A stretch of DNA of 64,000 nt from Ignavibacterium sp. (lineage in GTDB: Bacteria > Bacteroidota > Ignavibacteria > Ignavibacteriales > Ignavibacteriaceae). Under the pieces are notes generated by a model. It did not search any database, was not told the DNA's origin, and saw only the letters and a program-made list of their open reading frames with translations. Of the stretch, positions 37,034 to 46,385 are shown piece by piece. Location of the stretch: the NCBI RefSeq assembly GCF_037440165.1, contig NZ_JBBIUQ010000015.1:12491-76490 (forward strand), given 5' to 3'. Positions within the stretch are counted from its first letter, which is position 1; the number at the start of each line of letters is the position of its first letter. A program made the position numbers and the translations under genes.

Positions 37034-38008
37034 ATGAAAAGCATATTACCAAAAGATTTATCAGTTCCAGAAGTGCAAAGATTGCTGCAGGGTGGAATTG
37101 GTCCCAGACCGATAGCACTTGTTTCAACTATTTCAAAAAATGGAGCTAATAATCTTACTCCATTTTCATTCTTCAATGTATTTGGAGCTAATCCGCCAGT
37201 GATTGCATTCTCTCCTTCAAGAAGGGGAAAAGATGGTTCATTGAAAGACACATATCTGAATCTGGTCGATACAAAAGAATGTGTTGTGAATGCAGTAACT
37301 TACTCGATGGTTGAGCAAATCAGTTTAGCATCAACCGAGTATGAATATGGAATAGATGAATTTGTAAAATCCGGATTAACACCAATTGATTCGGATTTAG
37401 TTAAAGCTAAGCGTGTAAAAGAATCACCATTTCAGATGGAATGTAAACTTTTAGAGATGAAAAGTTTCGGTGAAGGTGGTGCATCTGCAAATATAGCAAT
37501 CTGCGAAGTTGTAAAATTTCATGTTGCAGAAGATTTATTTGTGAATGGTGTTATTCATCCAGATAGAATTGATTTGGTTGCAAGAATGTCTGCGGATTTT
37601 TACTGTCGCGCAAGCGGAGATGCAATATTCGAAGTTGAAAAACCTATAAAGAAAAAAGGAATCGGTTACGACCAATTACCTGAGTTTATGAAACAATCAT
37701 TTGTTTTTTCTGCAAATAATCTTGGCAAGTTTGCAAATGTAGAAAGAATTCCAACTGATGAAGAAGTAAATGATTTTATTAATCATATAAAAGAGGAATC
37801 ATTTACTGATTATGAAATTTCAGAGGAAGCTTTTGACAGATATCAACGACTTGGAAATTATGAACATATGCTTCGCTGTTCGCTTGATTTGAATTTACCT
37901 TCTGAAAGAAAAAAATATTTTCTTGAATTAACTGCCAAACTTGCTTTGGAAAAAAATGATTCTGATTTTGCCTGGAAGACTGCTTTGTATTCTGGTAAGT
38001 TTAATTAA
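37034..38008 (+). CDS. Flavin reductase-like (FMN-binding split-barrel) protein with ~120-aa C-terminal extension
   Basis: RPIALVSTISKNGANNLTPFSFFNVFGANPPVIAFS is typical of the flavin reductase domain. The C-terminal region is unassigned. Confidence 0.7.
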   Translation: MKSILPKDLSVPEVQRLLQGGIGPRPIALVSTISKNGANNLTPFSFFNVFGANPPVIAFSPSRRGKDGSLKDTYLNLVDTKECVVNAVTYSMVEQISLASTEYEYGIDEFVKSGLTPIDSDLVKAKRVKESPFQMECKLLEMKSFGEGGASANIAICEVVKFHVAEDLFVNGVIHPDRIDLVARMSADFYCRASGDAIFEVEKPIKKKGIGYDQLPEFMKQSFVFSANNLGKFANVERIPTDEEVNDFINHIKEESFTDYEISEEAFDRYQRLGNYEHMLRCSLDLNLPSERKKYFLELTAKLALEKNDSDFAWKTALYSGKFN

Positions 38009-38022
38009 TCGGAGACAAAGAA

Positions 38023-39975
38023 TTGAGCGAACTTCTCTGGACACCTTCAGAAGAAAGAATTACAAACTCTAATATTTATAAATTTCTACGATATATCTCC
38101 GAAAAAGAAAAATGTTCTTTTTCTGATTATCATCAGTTATATCATTGGTCAATCAAAAACATAGAAAAATTTTGGGAACACATCTGGAATTATTCTAATA
38201 TCATTCATAAAAAAAATTATTACCAAGTTCTGATCGATAAAGGCATTAAGGATTCAGTTTGGTTTCCTGGAGCAGAAATAAATTTTGCTGAAAATCTTTT
38301 GAGACATAATAATGATAAGACAGCTCTTGTATCTTATCGTGAAAATTATCCTGCGGTAAGAATAACTTATTCGCAATTAAATGAAATTGTGAGAAAAGTT
38401 TCAAATGCTCTCAAAAATTATGGAGTGCAAAAAGGTGATAGAGTTGCAGGTTATGTTGCGAATGTTCCTGAAGCAGTGATAGCAATGCTGGCAACAACTT
38501 CACTCGGTGCGGTCTGGAGCAGTACTTCACCGGATTTTGGTATTGAAGGTGTTGTCGATCGTTTCGGGCAGATAGAACCAAAAATTCTTTTTGCCACAAA
38601 ATCATATTATTATAATGGCAAATTCATAAGTAATCTTGATAAGATTTTTGAAGTAAAAAAACGAATCCCTTCGATTGAAAAAGTTGTATTGATTGATGAA
38701 TATTTCGCCTTCACACCAACAAAAAAACAAAGATCGGAACAAAATGAAATACTGAACTTCTCTGAGCTGCTGAATTATCCACAAGAAGATTTTCAATTTG
38801 TTTACCCTGAATTTGATCATCCGGTTTATATAATGTATTCTTCCGGAACAACAGGAAAACCAAAATGCATTGTTCACGGTGCCGGTGGAACTTTGCTGCA
38901 ACATTATAAAGAACTTGTTCTGCATACTGATTTAAAAGAGGTAGATGTTATTACATATTTCACCACTTGCGGTTGGATGATGTGGAACTGGCTAATCAGC
39001 TCGCTTCAAACAGGTTCAACAATAGTTTTGATTGATGGAAATCCTGTTTCACCATCAAATGAAAGATTATGGAAAATAATTGAAGATGAAAAAATTTCGA
39101 TCTTTGGTACAAGTCCGAAATATTTAACGCTAATTGAAAAATCCGGATTAATACCAAAAGAAAAATTTAATCTTAATTCATTAAAGACAATTTTATCAAC
39201 TGGTTCTCCGCTTACAGATGCAAACTTTCATTGGGTTTATGAAAATGTAAAAGAAGATGTTCTGTTATCATCAATTTCCGGAGGAACTGATATTATTTCA
39301 TGTTTCATGCTTGGTTGTCCTATTCTTCCTGTTTACTCAGGCGAAATTCAGTGTCGTGGTTTAGCGATGAAAGTAGAATCCTGGGATGAAAATGGTAAAT
39401 CTTTGATTGAAGAAAAGGGCGAACTTGTTTGTACAGCTCCGTTTACATCCAGACCCATTTTTTTCTGGAATGATCCAGATGGTTCGAAGTATCATCAGGC
39501 ATATTTTAGTTTTTATCCGAATGTTTGGAGACATGGAGACTATATTAAAATTAACAATAACGGTGGAGTAATTGTCTATGGTAGATCAGATTCTACATTA
39601 AATCCCGGAGGCGTCCGAATAGGTACAGCTGAAATTTATAAAATTGTTGAAGCAATGGAGGAAGTTTCTGACAGTCTTGTTGTTGGAAAAAATATAAACG
39701 GAGATGTGGAAGTAATACTTTTCGTTGTATTCAGACCTGACTATCATCTCGATGAAGAATTAATAGTTAAGATAAAAGATAAAATAAGAACTGAAACTAC
39801 TCCGCGGCATGTTCCCGCCAAAATATATCAAATAAAAGAAGTTCCCTACACAATCAGCGGAAAAAAAGTAGAGATTGCAGTTTCAAAAATACTTAATGAA
39901 GAAGAAGTTGATAACAAAGATGCATTGGCAAATCCACACGCACTCGATCAATTTTATAATTTCAGAAAAATCTAA
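38023..39975 (+). CDS. Acetoacetate-CoA ligase (acetoacetyl-CoA synthetase)
   Basis: 650 aa. AMP-binding motif YSSGTTGKPKCIVH. N-terminal LWTPSEERITNSNIYKF. C-terminal PRHVPAKIYQIKEVPYTISGKKVE. Confidence 0.85.
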   Translation: MSELLWTPSEERITNSNIYKFLRYISEKEKCSFSDYHQLYHWSIKNIEKFWEHIWNYSNIIHKKNYYQVLIDKGIKDSVWFPGAEINFAENLLRHNNDKTALVSYRENYPAVRITYSQLNEIVRKVSNALKNYGVQKGDRVAGYVANVPEAVIAMLATTSLGAVWSSTSPDFGIEGVVDRFGQIEPKILFATKSYYYNGKFISNLDKIFEVKKRIPSIEKVVLIDEYFAFTPTKKQRSEQNEILNFSELLNYPQEDFQFVYPEFDHPVYIMYSSGTTGKPKCIVHGAGGTLLQHYKELVLHTDLKEVDVITYFTTCGWMMWNWLISSLQTGSTIVLIDGNPVSPSNERLWKIIEDEKISIFGTSPKYLTLIEKSGLIPKEKFNLNSLKTILSTGSPLTDANFHWVYENVKEDVLLSSISGGTDIISCFMLGCPILPVYSGEIQCRGLAMKVESWDENGKSLIEEKGELVCTAPFTSRPIFFWNDPDGSKYHQAYFSFYPNVWRHGDYIKINNNGGVIVYGRSDSTLNPGGVRIGTAEIYKIVEAMEEVSDSLVVGKNINGDVEVILFVVFRPDYHLDEELIVKIKDKIRTETTPRHVPAKIYQIKEVPYTISGKKVEIAVSKILNEEEVDNKDALANPHALDQFYNFRKI

Positions 39976-40787
39976 ACGTAAAGTGCTCTTCCAAAATCTC
40001 TTCTGTGTTTTAGCGTAACTTCATGCTCTTCGCCGAGATACTTGAATATTGCTATACAGGCTCTTCTTGCACCTTCATCATCATAAGCTTTATTTTCTCT
40101 GATTAATTCAATGAATTTTTCCAAAGCACTTTCAAATTTCTTATCTCTTAAATCTTTTATTGCTTCAATGTAGAATGCTTTTACAGGATTATCCTCAAGT
40201 TCATCTTTGTTTTCGAGTTTTTCAAACAATTTGCTCATAGTAGTAATAGCTTCTGCTAGCTCAACAGTATGATTTGACAGCTGAGCACTTTCAACTAATC
40301 TTAAAGATTCTTTAGGATTTTCATAAACTAAAATTTTTGCAAGCAGAATTTTCACTTCACCATTGTTTATATCACCATTATGAACTTGTTCAAGAATAAT
40401 TTTTGCATCCTCAACTTTACCTTCAGCTAAAAGCATTTTTGCTTTCTCAATCATATCCGAAAATTTACTTGGAATTGATTTCTGCAGCCAATCCTCAATC
40501 ATATGTTCAGGCAACGCTCCAGTAAATTCATTTATTACTTTTCCTTTGTGAAAAAGTTTAACATTAGGAATTCCTCTTATCCCATACTCGTTTGCTATTT
40601 CAGGAAATTTATCAGTATTCAGCTTTACAAGTATCCACTGATCTTCATATTTCTCTGCAAGTTTTTCGAGTACAGGTCCGAGAATTCTGCAGGGCGCACA
40701 CCATTCAGCCCAGAAATCAACTAGTACTGGTATCGTGAAGCTCTGTTCAATAACATCTTTCTGAAAATTATTTGTATCGTAATTCAT
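39972..40787 (-). CDS. Thioredoxin-domain protein with C-terminal TPR-like domain (YbbN/CnoX-type co-chaperone)
   Basis: Thioredoxin motif WAEWCAPCR followed by about 170 aa of helical repeats. Confidence 0.8.
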   Translation of the reverse strand: MNYDTNNFQKDVIEQSFTIPVLVDFWAEWCAPCRILGPVLEKLAEKYEDQWILVKLNTDKFPEIANEYGIRGIPNVKLFHKGKVINEFTGALPEHMIEDWLQKSIPSKFSDMIEKAKMLLAEGKVEDAKIILEQVHNGDINNGEVKILLAKILVYENPKESLRLVESAQLSNHTVELAEAITTMSKLFEKLENKDELEDNPVKAFYIEAIKDLRDKKFESALEKFIELIRENKAYDDEGARRACIAIFKYLGEEHEVTLKHRRDFGRALYV

Positions 40788-40898
40788 TACTTCCTCTCTT
40801 TTATTTTCCGGCGATAAGATGAAAAAAATATTTTTTGGTTACAGATTTCAGTCACAAATTTATAAAATCCGATAAGCTTCTTTATTGAAATAAATCAC

Positions 40899-40906
40899 TA
40901 ATTTTG
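40899..40906 (+). promoter_or_regulatory. Candidate -7 promoter element TAATTTTG (TAnnTTTG) for the Rieske/cytochrome b operon
   Basis: Exact motif 26 nt upstream of the TTG start at 40932. Confidence 0.35.
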
Positions 40907-40931
40907 TTTTGAAACAATTTCTGTATTAGTC

Positions 40932-41318
40932 TTGAACAGAAAAAAATTTCTGAAAATACTTTTCGCATCTTTCGCTGTAGGTTTTGTTTATTTATGGAAC
41001 AGACTTACCGAATCAGTCTCTGCTTCTGTTAGAAATAAAAATCAGATTACCGTTCCTGATAATTTTGCATTGGGAGTTACAGTGACTGAAAATTTTATTG
41101 TTATTAAATCGAAAGAGCAACTTAAAATCCTAAGCTCCAAATGTACTCATCTTGGCTGCAGGATCACTGGTTCTGTAAATAATATTTTTACTTGTCCTTG
41201 TCACGGTTCACAATTTAATGTTGATGGTGAGGTAATGAGTGGTCCGGCTATGAAACAATTGAAAATGCTAAAATTCAAAATTGATAAAAAGAAAAATCAA
41301 ATAACTATTTTCATCTGA
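40932..41318 (+). CDS. Rieske [2Fe-2S] protein, bc-complex type, membrane-anchored
   Basis: N-terminal hydrophobic anchor. Box I CTHLGCRI and box II CPCHGSQF. TTG start. Confidence 0.85.
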   Translation: MNRKKFLKILFASFAVGFVYLWNRLTESVSASVRNKNQITVPDNFALGVTVTENFIVIKSKEQLKILSSKCTHLGCRITGSVNNIFTCPCHGSQFNVDGEVMSGPAMKQLKMLKFKIDKKKNQITIFI

Positions 41319-41319
41319 A

Positions 41320-44301
41320 GTGTTGAAAGATAAAATCGGATTGTTTTACAGATTTTGGGATTTACCATTCGGAAATATTGCAACAGCATCATTTATCATT
41401 GCAGTTCTGAGTGGTGTTCTGCTTGCATTACCTTTTGATGTTAAAAATCCCTATGAATCAATTTCATTTTTTCTTATTGTTAATCCTTCCGCAGTATTTT
41501 TCAGAAATGTTCATTACTGGTCTGCTCAGATTTTTTTAATGTTTACTGTACTTCACATCGTTGATCATCTCAGAAGGAAAACAGAATACAAAATTAAAGA
41601 TGGCGTCTGGCTCAGATTAACAGTATCGTTACTTATTTCTTTTTATGTAATGCTGAGCGGATTTATTCTTAAAGCTGATGCAGATTCTCAACAAGCTTTC
41701 AGAATATTTGAAGCATTGTTAAATGAAATTCCTTTAATTGGTAAAAGTATTTCCTTAACTCTGCTTGGAAGTGAAGGTGATTTACAGATCATCTATGTAA
41801 ATCACATAGCAACTGCAACGGTTATCTTATCTGTAATAATAATTGAACATTCCAGAATCATCTGGCCGAGACTTTCAATTTTTACTTATTCTTTATTTGC
41901 ATCAATAGTACTCGGATATATTTTCACTCCGATGCTGCATGATGGTCTACATCCGGTAGTCAAAGGACCCTGGTATTTTGTTGGACTTCAGGAGATACTT
42001 CACTGGATTTCTTACTCGCAGCTTGTAATACTTTTAACTTTTATTTTTATGCTGCTTTTTTATTTCATCAAAAAATTTCCTGAACAGATTTCTTCATACA
42101 TAAAAAAGTTATTTGCTTTTGCGGGTTTACTTTATCTTATCCTTACTATAATTGGTTATTACTTCAGAGGTGAAAATTGGGAATTTGTATTGCCGTGGAA
42201 TAATTCTTACAAATTTATCTCTGATTTTACACCTCAATCCGGATTTGCTGATATTGAAATTAATGATGAATCACTTCAATCATTAAAGACTATTATGGGA
42301 AGAAAAGAAGGTTGCATTGTTTGTCATAAAATGAATGGTTTTGAATCATCGCACAATCCGGAAGTAATAGGTTGTTATAGTTGTCATCGCGGGAATGCGT
42401 TTACACTTAACAAAAATGCTGCACACGCAGGAATGATTTTGATTCCCGGAAATTTGAACGATGCTCATTTAACTTGCGGAACTTCGCAATGTCATTCTGA
42501 TATTTTCTCAAGAGTAAATAACTCAATAATGAGTACACTTAGCGGTATTGTAAGTGTAAACAGATATGTATTTGATGAGAGCAATTCTCCAACAATGTTG
42601 AATCATATAAAAGATATCAAACACTCTGATGCAGATTCACATTTACGGAATTTGTGTGCATCGTGTCATCTCGGAAATGAAAAAACTGATTGGAAAATGA
42701 TTGATGAACTTTCACGCGGTGGTGGCTGTAATGCCTGTCACTTAAATTATAGCAATGAAGCAATTCAACAATTGAACAATTACTTAAAGTCTCCCAGAGG
42801 GATGGCAAGCCAAAAAGTCAAAGTTCAAAAGTCAAATGAAAGTAAAGTTGATTTTCCGAAAATTCATCCGCAATTAAATCTTAATATTTCTGATAATCAT
42901 TGTTTTGGTTGTCACAGTCGTTCAGGAAGAATTTCAACCAATTACGAAGGCTGGTTTGAAACACTTTTAGCAGAAGATGAATTAAAATTGTTCAGCTATG
43001 CTAGAAACTTCGACAGTCATCCTGAATTTATTTCAGGATCTGAGAAACCAAAACAAAAATTGTCTGACATCAGTCAAGTTCAGCTTGACAATAACAAAAA
43101 AGAATATAGACTCTTAACGGATGGACGAGTCTTTCAAAAAATACAAGACGATGTTCATCACAAAGCCGGAATGGAATGTATTGATTGCCACATTGCACAG
43201 GAGGTTATGGGAGATGGAAATTTACATAAGCACAAGGAAGATCAAGTAAAAATTCAGTGCACCGATTGTCATTCCCGAAATATCAATTCAATTTCTTATA
43301 ATGAACTTGATTATGAGTCGAAAAAAATTATTGATATCAGAAAATTTATGAGACCCGGAACAGAATTCATTTCAACTAAAAATGATAACATCGCGTTCAC
43401 TAATTCTTACATTACTGAAACTGGTTCGACATATCTCATTACAAAAAATAAAAAAGATTCTTTGACTATCAAGCCACCAGCATTTGTTTGCACTGAAGGA
43501 AAATCACATAAGCGACTGTCTTGTAATTCCTGTCATACACAATGGGTATCATATTGTGTGGGTTGCCATACCACTTATGATAAAAACGAAGAAGGATTTG
43601 ATTTGTTGGATAATAAAGAAATAAAAGGCAGTTGGATTGAATCACCTTCTGATTTTTATGTTGATTATCCGGCACTTGGTGTCAGAAAAAATAAATCAGG
43701 GAAAGAGATAATCGATACATTTATTCCTGGAATGATAATTACAATGGAAAACTTAAAATCTGATAAGAATAAAAAAATATTTAAACGATTATATGCTCCG
43801 ACCTTTTCGCATACCATAAATAAAAATGGAAGAAGCTGTAAATCGTGTCACAATAATCCTTTGGCACTTGGATATGGTAAGGGGGAATTGATTTATATTA
43901 TTATTGATGGCAAAACTAAACGTCAAACTGAACTTGTTTCAGCTTCTAAAACATTAGTTAAGAGTGTTGAGATTCAGAAACGAGATTTGCCTGACGGCAG
44001 TCAGGTTCGGAATCTCAATTCAAATTATACTGGTAGATGGACTTTTACACCTCATTTTGATGCTCATAAAGAAGACAATCTTCCCAAAGATGCTTGGATA
44101 GGTTTTCTGCAAACAAGAGATGTTTCATCAACAACTCGAACTAATACAAGACCTTTCACAGTTGAAGAACAAAAAAGAATATTACTTGTTGGTGCTTGTT
44201 TAACCTGTCACGATGAGAATTCTAAAGTTATGAAAGAAAGTCTGGTTGACTTTGAGAAAATCCTAAAGAAAGTTTCTGTTAAATGTGTTTTACCGAGATG
44301 A
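41320..44301 (+). CDS. Cytochrome b (b6 plus subunit IV-like, 7 TM) fused to a C-terminal multihaem cytochrome c domain (11 CxxCH plus 1 Cx4CH)
   Basis: FRNVHYWSAQIFLMFTVLH (H-x13-H) and NHIATATVILSVIIIEH (H-x14-H). GPWYF is a Qo-like motif. Haem c motifs: CIVCH, CYSCH, CGTSQCH, CASCH, CNACH, CFGCH, CIDCH, CTDCH, CNSCH, CVGCH, CKSCH, CLTCH. GTG start lies 1 nt after the Rieske stop. Confidence 0.85.
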   Translation: MLKDKIGLFYRFWDLPFGNIATASFIIAVLSGVLLALPFDVKNPYESISFFLIVNPSAVFFRNVHYWSAQIFLMFTVLHIVDHLRRKTEYKIKDGVWLRLTVSLLISFYVMLSGFILKADADSQQAFRIFEALLNEIPLIGKSISLTLLGSEGDLQIIYVNHIATATVILSVIIIEHSRIIWPRLSIFTYSLFASIVLGYIFTPMLHDGLHPVVKGPWYFVGLQEILHWISYSQLVILLTFIFMLLFYFIKKFPEQISSYIKKLFAFAGLLYLILTIIGYYFRGENWEFVLPWNNSYKFISDFTPQSGFADIEINDESLQSLKTIMGRKEGCIVCHKMNGFESSHNPEVIGCYSCHRGNAFTLNKNAAHAGMILIPGNLNDAHLTCGTSQCHSDIFSRVNNSIMSTLSGIVSVNRYVFDESNSPTMLNHIKDIKHSDADSHLRNLCASCHLGNEKTDWKMIDELSRGGGCNACHLNYSNEAIQQLNNYLKSPRGMASQKVKVQKSNESKVDFPKIHPQLNLNISDNHCFGCHSRSGRISTNYEGWFETLLAEDELKLFSYARNFDSHPEFISGSEKPKQKLSDISQVQLDNNKKEYRLLTDGRVFQKIQDDVHHKAGMECIDCHIAQEVMGDGNLHKHKEDQVKIQCTDCHSRNINSISYNELDYESKKIIDIRKFMRPGTEFISTKNDNIAFTNSYITETGSTYLITKNKKDSLTIKPPAFVCTEGKSHKRLSCNSCHTQWVSYCVGCHTTYDKNEEGFDLLDNKEIKGSWIESPSDFYVDYPALGVRKNKSGKEIIDTFIPGMIITMENLKSDKNKKIFKRLYAPTFSHTINKNGRSCKSCHNNPLALGYGKGELIYIIIDGKTKRQTELVSASKTLVKSVEIQKRDLPDGSQVRNLNSNYTGRWTFTPHFDAHKEDNLPKDAWIGFLQTRDVSSTTRTNTRPFTVEEQKRILLVGACLTCHDENSKVMKESLVDFEKILKKVSVKCVLPR

Positions 44302-44380
44302 CATATGGACACTAAGAAACTTTGTGTCTTCGAGACTTTATGGCAGTTGAAGAAATTCCGATAAATAATAATGAAATAAT

Positions 44381-44388
44381 TATATTTG
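44381..44388 (+). promoter_or_regulatory. Candidate -7 promoter element TATATTTG (TAnnTTTG)
   Basis: Exact motif 28 nt upstream of the ATG at 44416. It overlaps the alternative start at 44386, which argues against that start. Confidence 0.35.
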
Positions 44389-44415
44389 CACTTCAAAAAG
44401 TCAATACAATATAAA

Positions 44416-46041
44416 ATGAAAACAAAAATTATTTTTTTCTCTTTAACACTCAGTTTAGTATCATTTTTATTTGCACAATCACAACGCCCAAAACTTGTAG
44501 TCGGAATTGTTGTAGATCAAATGAGATTTACAGACCTGTATCGTTATTATGATTTTTATTCTACAAATGGTTTTAAAAAATTATTGTCGGAAGGAAGTAA
44601 CTTTACATACGCGCATTACAATTACGAATTAACAAGTACAGGTCCGGGTCACGCTTCAATTTATACAGGTACAACTCCTTTCTTCCACGGCATAATTGGA
44701 AATGATTTTTATGACAAAAGAAATAACAGAATGCTGAACTGTGTTCAGGATGATAATTCAAACGGCGTTGGAACCACGAACTCAAATGGAAAAAAATCGC
44801 CGGTTAATCTATTATCATCAACAATCACAGATGAATTAAAACTTTTCACAAATAAAAAATCCAAAGTCTTTTCGGTGTCAATTAAAGATAGAGGAGCAAT
44901 TATCCCTGCAGGACATATGGCTGATGGAGCTTTTTGGTATGATAATAAAATTGGTAAGTATGTTACATCAGATTACTACATGAATCAACTTACTTCATGG
45001 GTAAAAAATTATAATGATAAAAATTTTGTTGAGAATTTTTTATCATCAGACTGGAACCTTCTGCTAAATAAATCATTTTATGAAATCAACTCACCCGATG
45101 AATCATCTTATGAAAAAGATTTATTTAAAGAAGGAAAAACATCCTTTCCTCATTCATTTAACAACCTGACGAATCAGGAAAAATATAATGCATTTCAATT
45201 TACTCCTTTTGCAAATCAGACTGTACTTGAATTAGCAATTGAAGCTGTTAAAAATGAAAATCTTGGCGCGGATGAAATAACAGATTTCCTTGCGATAAGT
45301 TTTTCAACCTCTGATTTAATGGCTCACGAACTTGGAAATTATTCTTATGAATTAATGGACATTTATCTCAGGATCGATAAAAATATTTCTGAGCTTTTAA
45401 CTTTTTTGGATAATTATGTTGGTAAAGGAAATTATATTTTGTTTCTTACCTCTGACCACGCAGGAATTGAGACTCCCGCTTACTTAAAAGATAATAAAAT
45501 GCCTGTTGGTGGAATCGAAGCTGATCGGGTAAGAGATTCGATTAAAGCATTTGCAAAAAGAAATTTTAAATCTGAAGAAATAATTGAAAATTTTTCGAAC
45601 AGACAAATCTTTCTGAATTATAATTTTATCAGAAAAGCCAATCTTGATTTATCAGGTGTTCAGAATGAATTTGCACAATATCTTCGCGAAACTTTTTATG
45701 AAATTCAATCAGTATTTACACGAGATAATCTTGAAACCCAGATTGCATCAAGAACTAGTAATAATACAATTTTGAATGGATGGAATCCTTCACGGTCAGG
45801 TGATATTGCGTTTAACTTGTTGCCCGGTTATCTGAACAATTTTATAGAAAAAGGAACAACACATGGATCAGGTTATAATTATGACACACATATACCATTA
45901 ATATTTTACGGCTGGAATATACCAGCCCAAACAGTAAATAAACCTGTTTATGTTGTTGATATTGCAGCAACTTTAGCATCACTTATGATGATTAATGAAC
46001 CAAATGCTTGTATTGGAATCCCTGTTCTAGAAATAAAATAA
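44416..46041 (+). CDS. Alkaline phosphatase / nucleotide pyrophosphatase superfamily enzyme (PafA-like), secreted
   Basis: Signal peptide MKTKIIFFSLTLSLVSFLFAQ. Motifs VVGIVVDQMR, TGPGHASIYTGT, and LTSDHAG. Confidence 0.8.
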   Translation: MKTKIIFFSLTLSLVSFLFAQSQRPKLVVGIVVDQMRFTDLYRYYDFYSTNGFKKLLSEGSNFTYAHYNYELTSTGPGHASIYTGTTPFFHGIIGNDFYDKRNNRMLNCVQDDNSNGVGTTNSNGKKSPVNLLSSTITDELKLFTNKKSKVFSVSIKDRGAIIPAGHMADGAFWYDNKIGKYVTSDYYMNQLTSWVKNYNDKNFVENFLSSDWNLLLNKSFYEINSPDESSYEKDLFKEGKTSFPHSFNNLTNQEKYNAFQFTPFANQTVLELAIEAVKNENLGADEITDFLAISFSTSDLMAHELGNYSYELMDIYLRIDKNISELLTFLDNYVGKGNYILFLTSDHAGIETPAYLKDNKMPVGGIEADRVRDSIKAFAKRNFKSEEIIENFSNRQIFLNYNFIRKANLDLSGVQNEFAQYLRETFYEIQSVFTRDNLETQIASRTSNNTILNGWNPSRSGDIAFNLLPGYLNNFIEKGTTHGSGYNYDTHIPLIFYGWNIPAQTVNKPVYVVDIAATLASLMMINEPNACIGIPVLEIK

Positions 46042-46385
46042 ATCAATCGATTAAATAATTCAAAGCTAAAGTAAATTTAAATTTTTCTTTTCTTGCAATA
46101 GTTAGCTGAAATTCAGTTTAATATCTCATTCATTATCAAGTGGCCTGTGTTTCGGTACATTTCATTTTATTACATCTTGAAATTAAATTCTTAAATCATT
46201 TCCTCAGACCATACACAAAATACTTTACTCGCATAAAGCAATTACAACTCATGAAAATACAATTCCTGCTAATTCTTGATTTTGAAAATTTTTATTGAAA
46301 AACACTCAAAATTCAAAGAGAAAAATTAGAATTATAATTGGCAAATTAGTTGGTATTTATAAATGCCAAATATTTATTGAAAAGA

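Noticed and set aside
39972-41318. A functional link between the thioredoxin/TPR gene and the divergent Rieske/cytochrome b operon
   Set aside because: The only evidence is divergent adjacency across a 144-bp spacer. YbbN/CnoX-type proteins are general chaperones, and no sequence evidence supports a specific connection.
42790-42850. AAAGTCAAA-type short repeats inside the multihaem gene
   Set aside because: It encodes a Lys/Gln/Val-rich linker (SQKVKVQKSNESK) between haem-binding sites. This is a coding low-complexity linker rather than a regulatory repeat.
44386-44415. Track start codon at 44386 for the phosphatase gene (MHFKKSIQYK extension); similarly 25300 for ytxH and 49023 for psrB
   Set aside because: The downstream ATGs (44416, 25327, 49041) give canonical signal peptide or N-termini. 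They are preceded by an RBS (AAGGAG, GGAGGTG) or a candidate TAnnTTTG promoter element that would lie inside the longer ORF.
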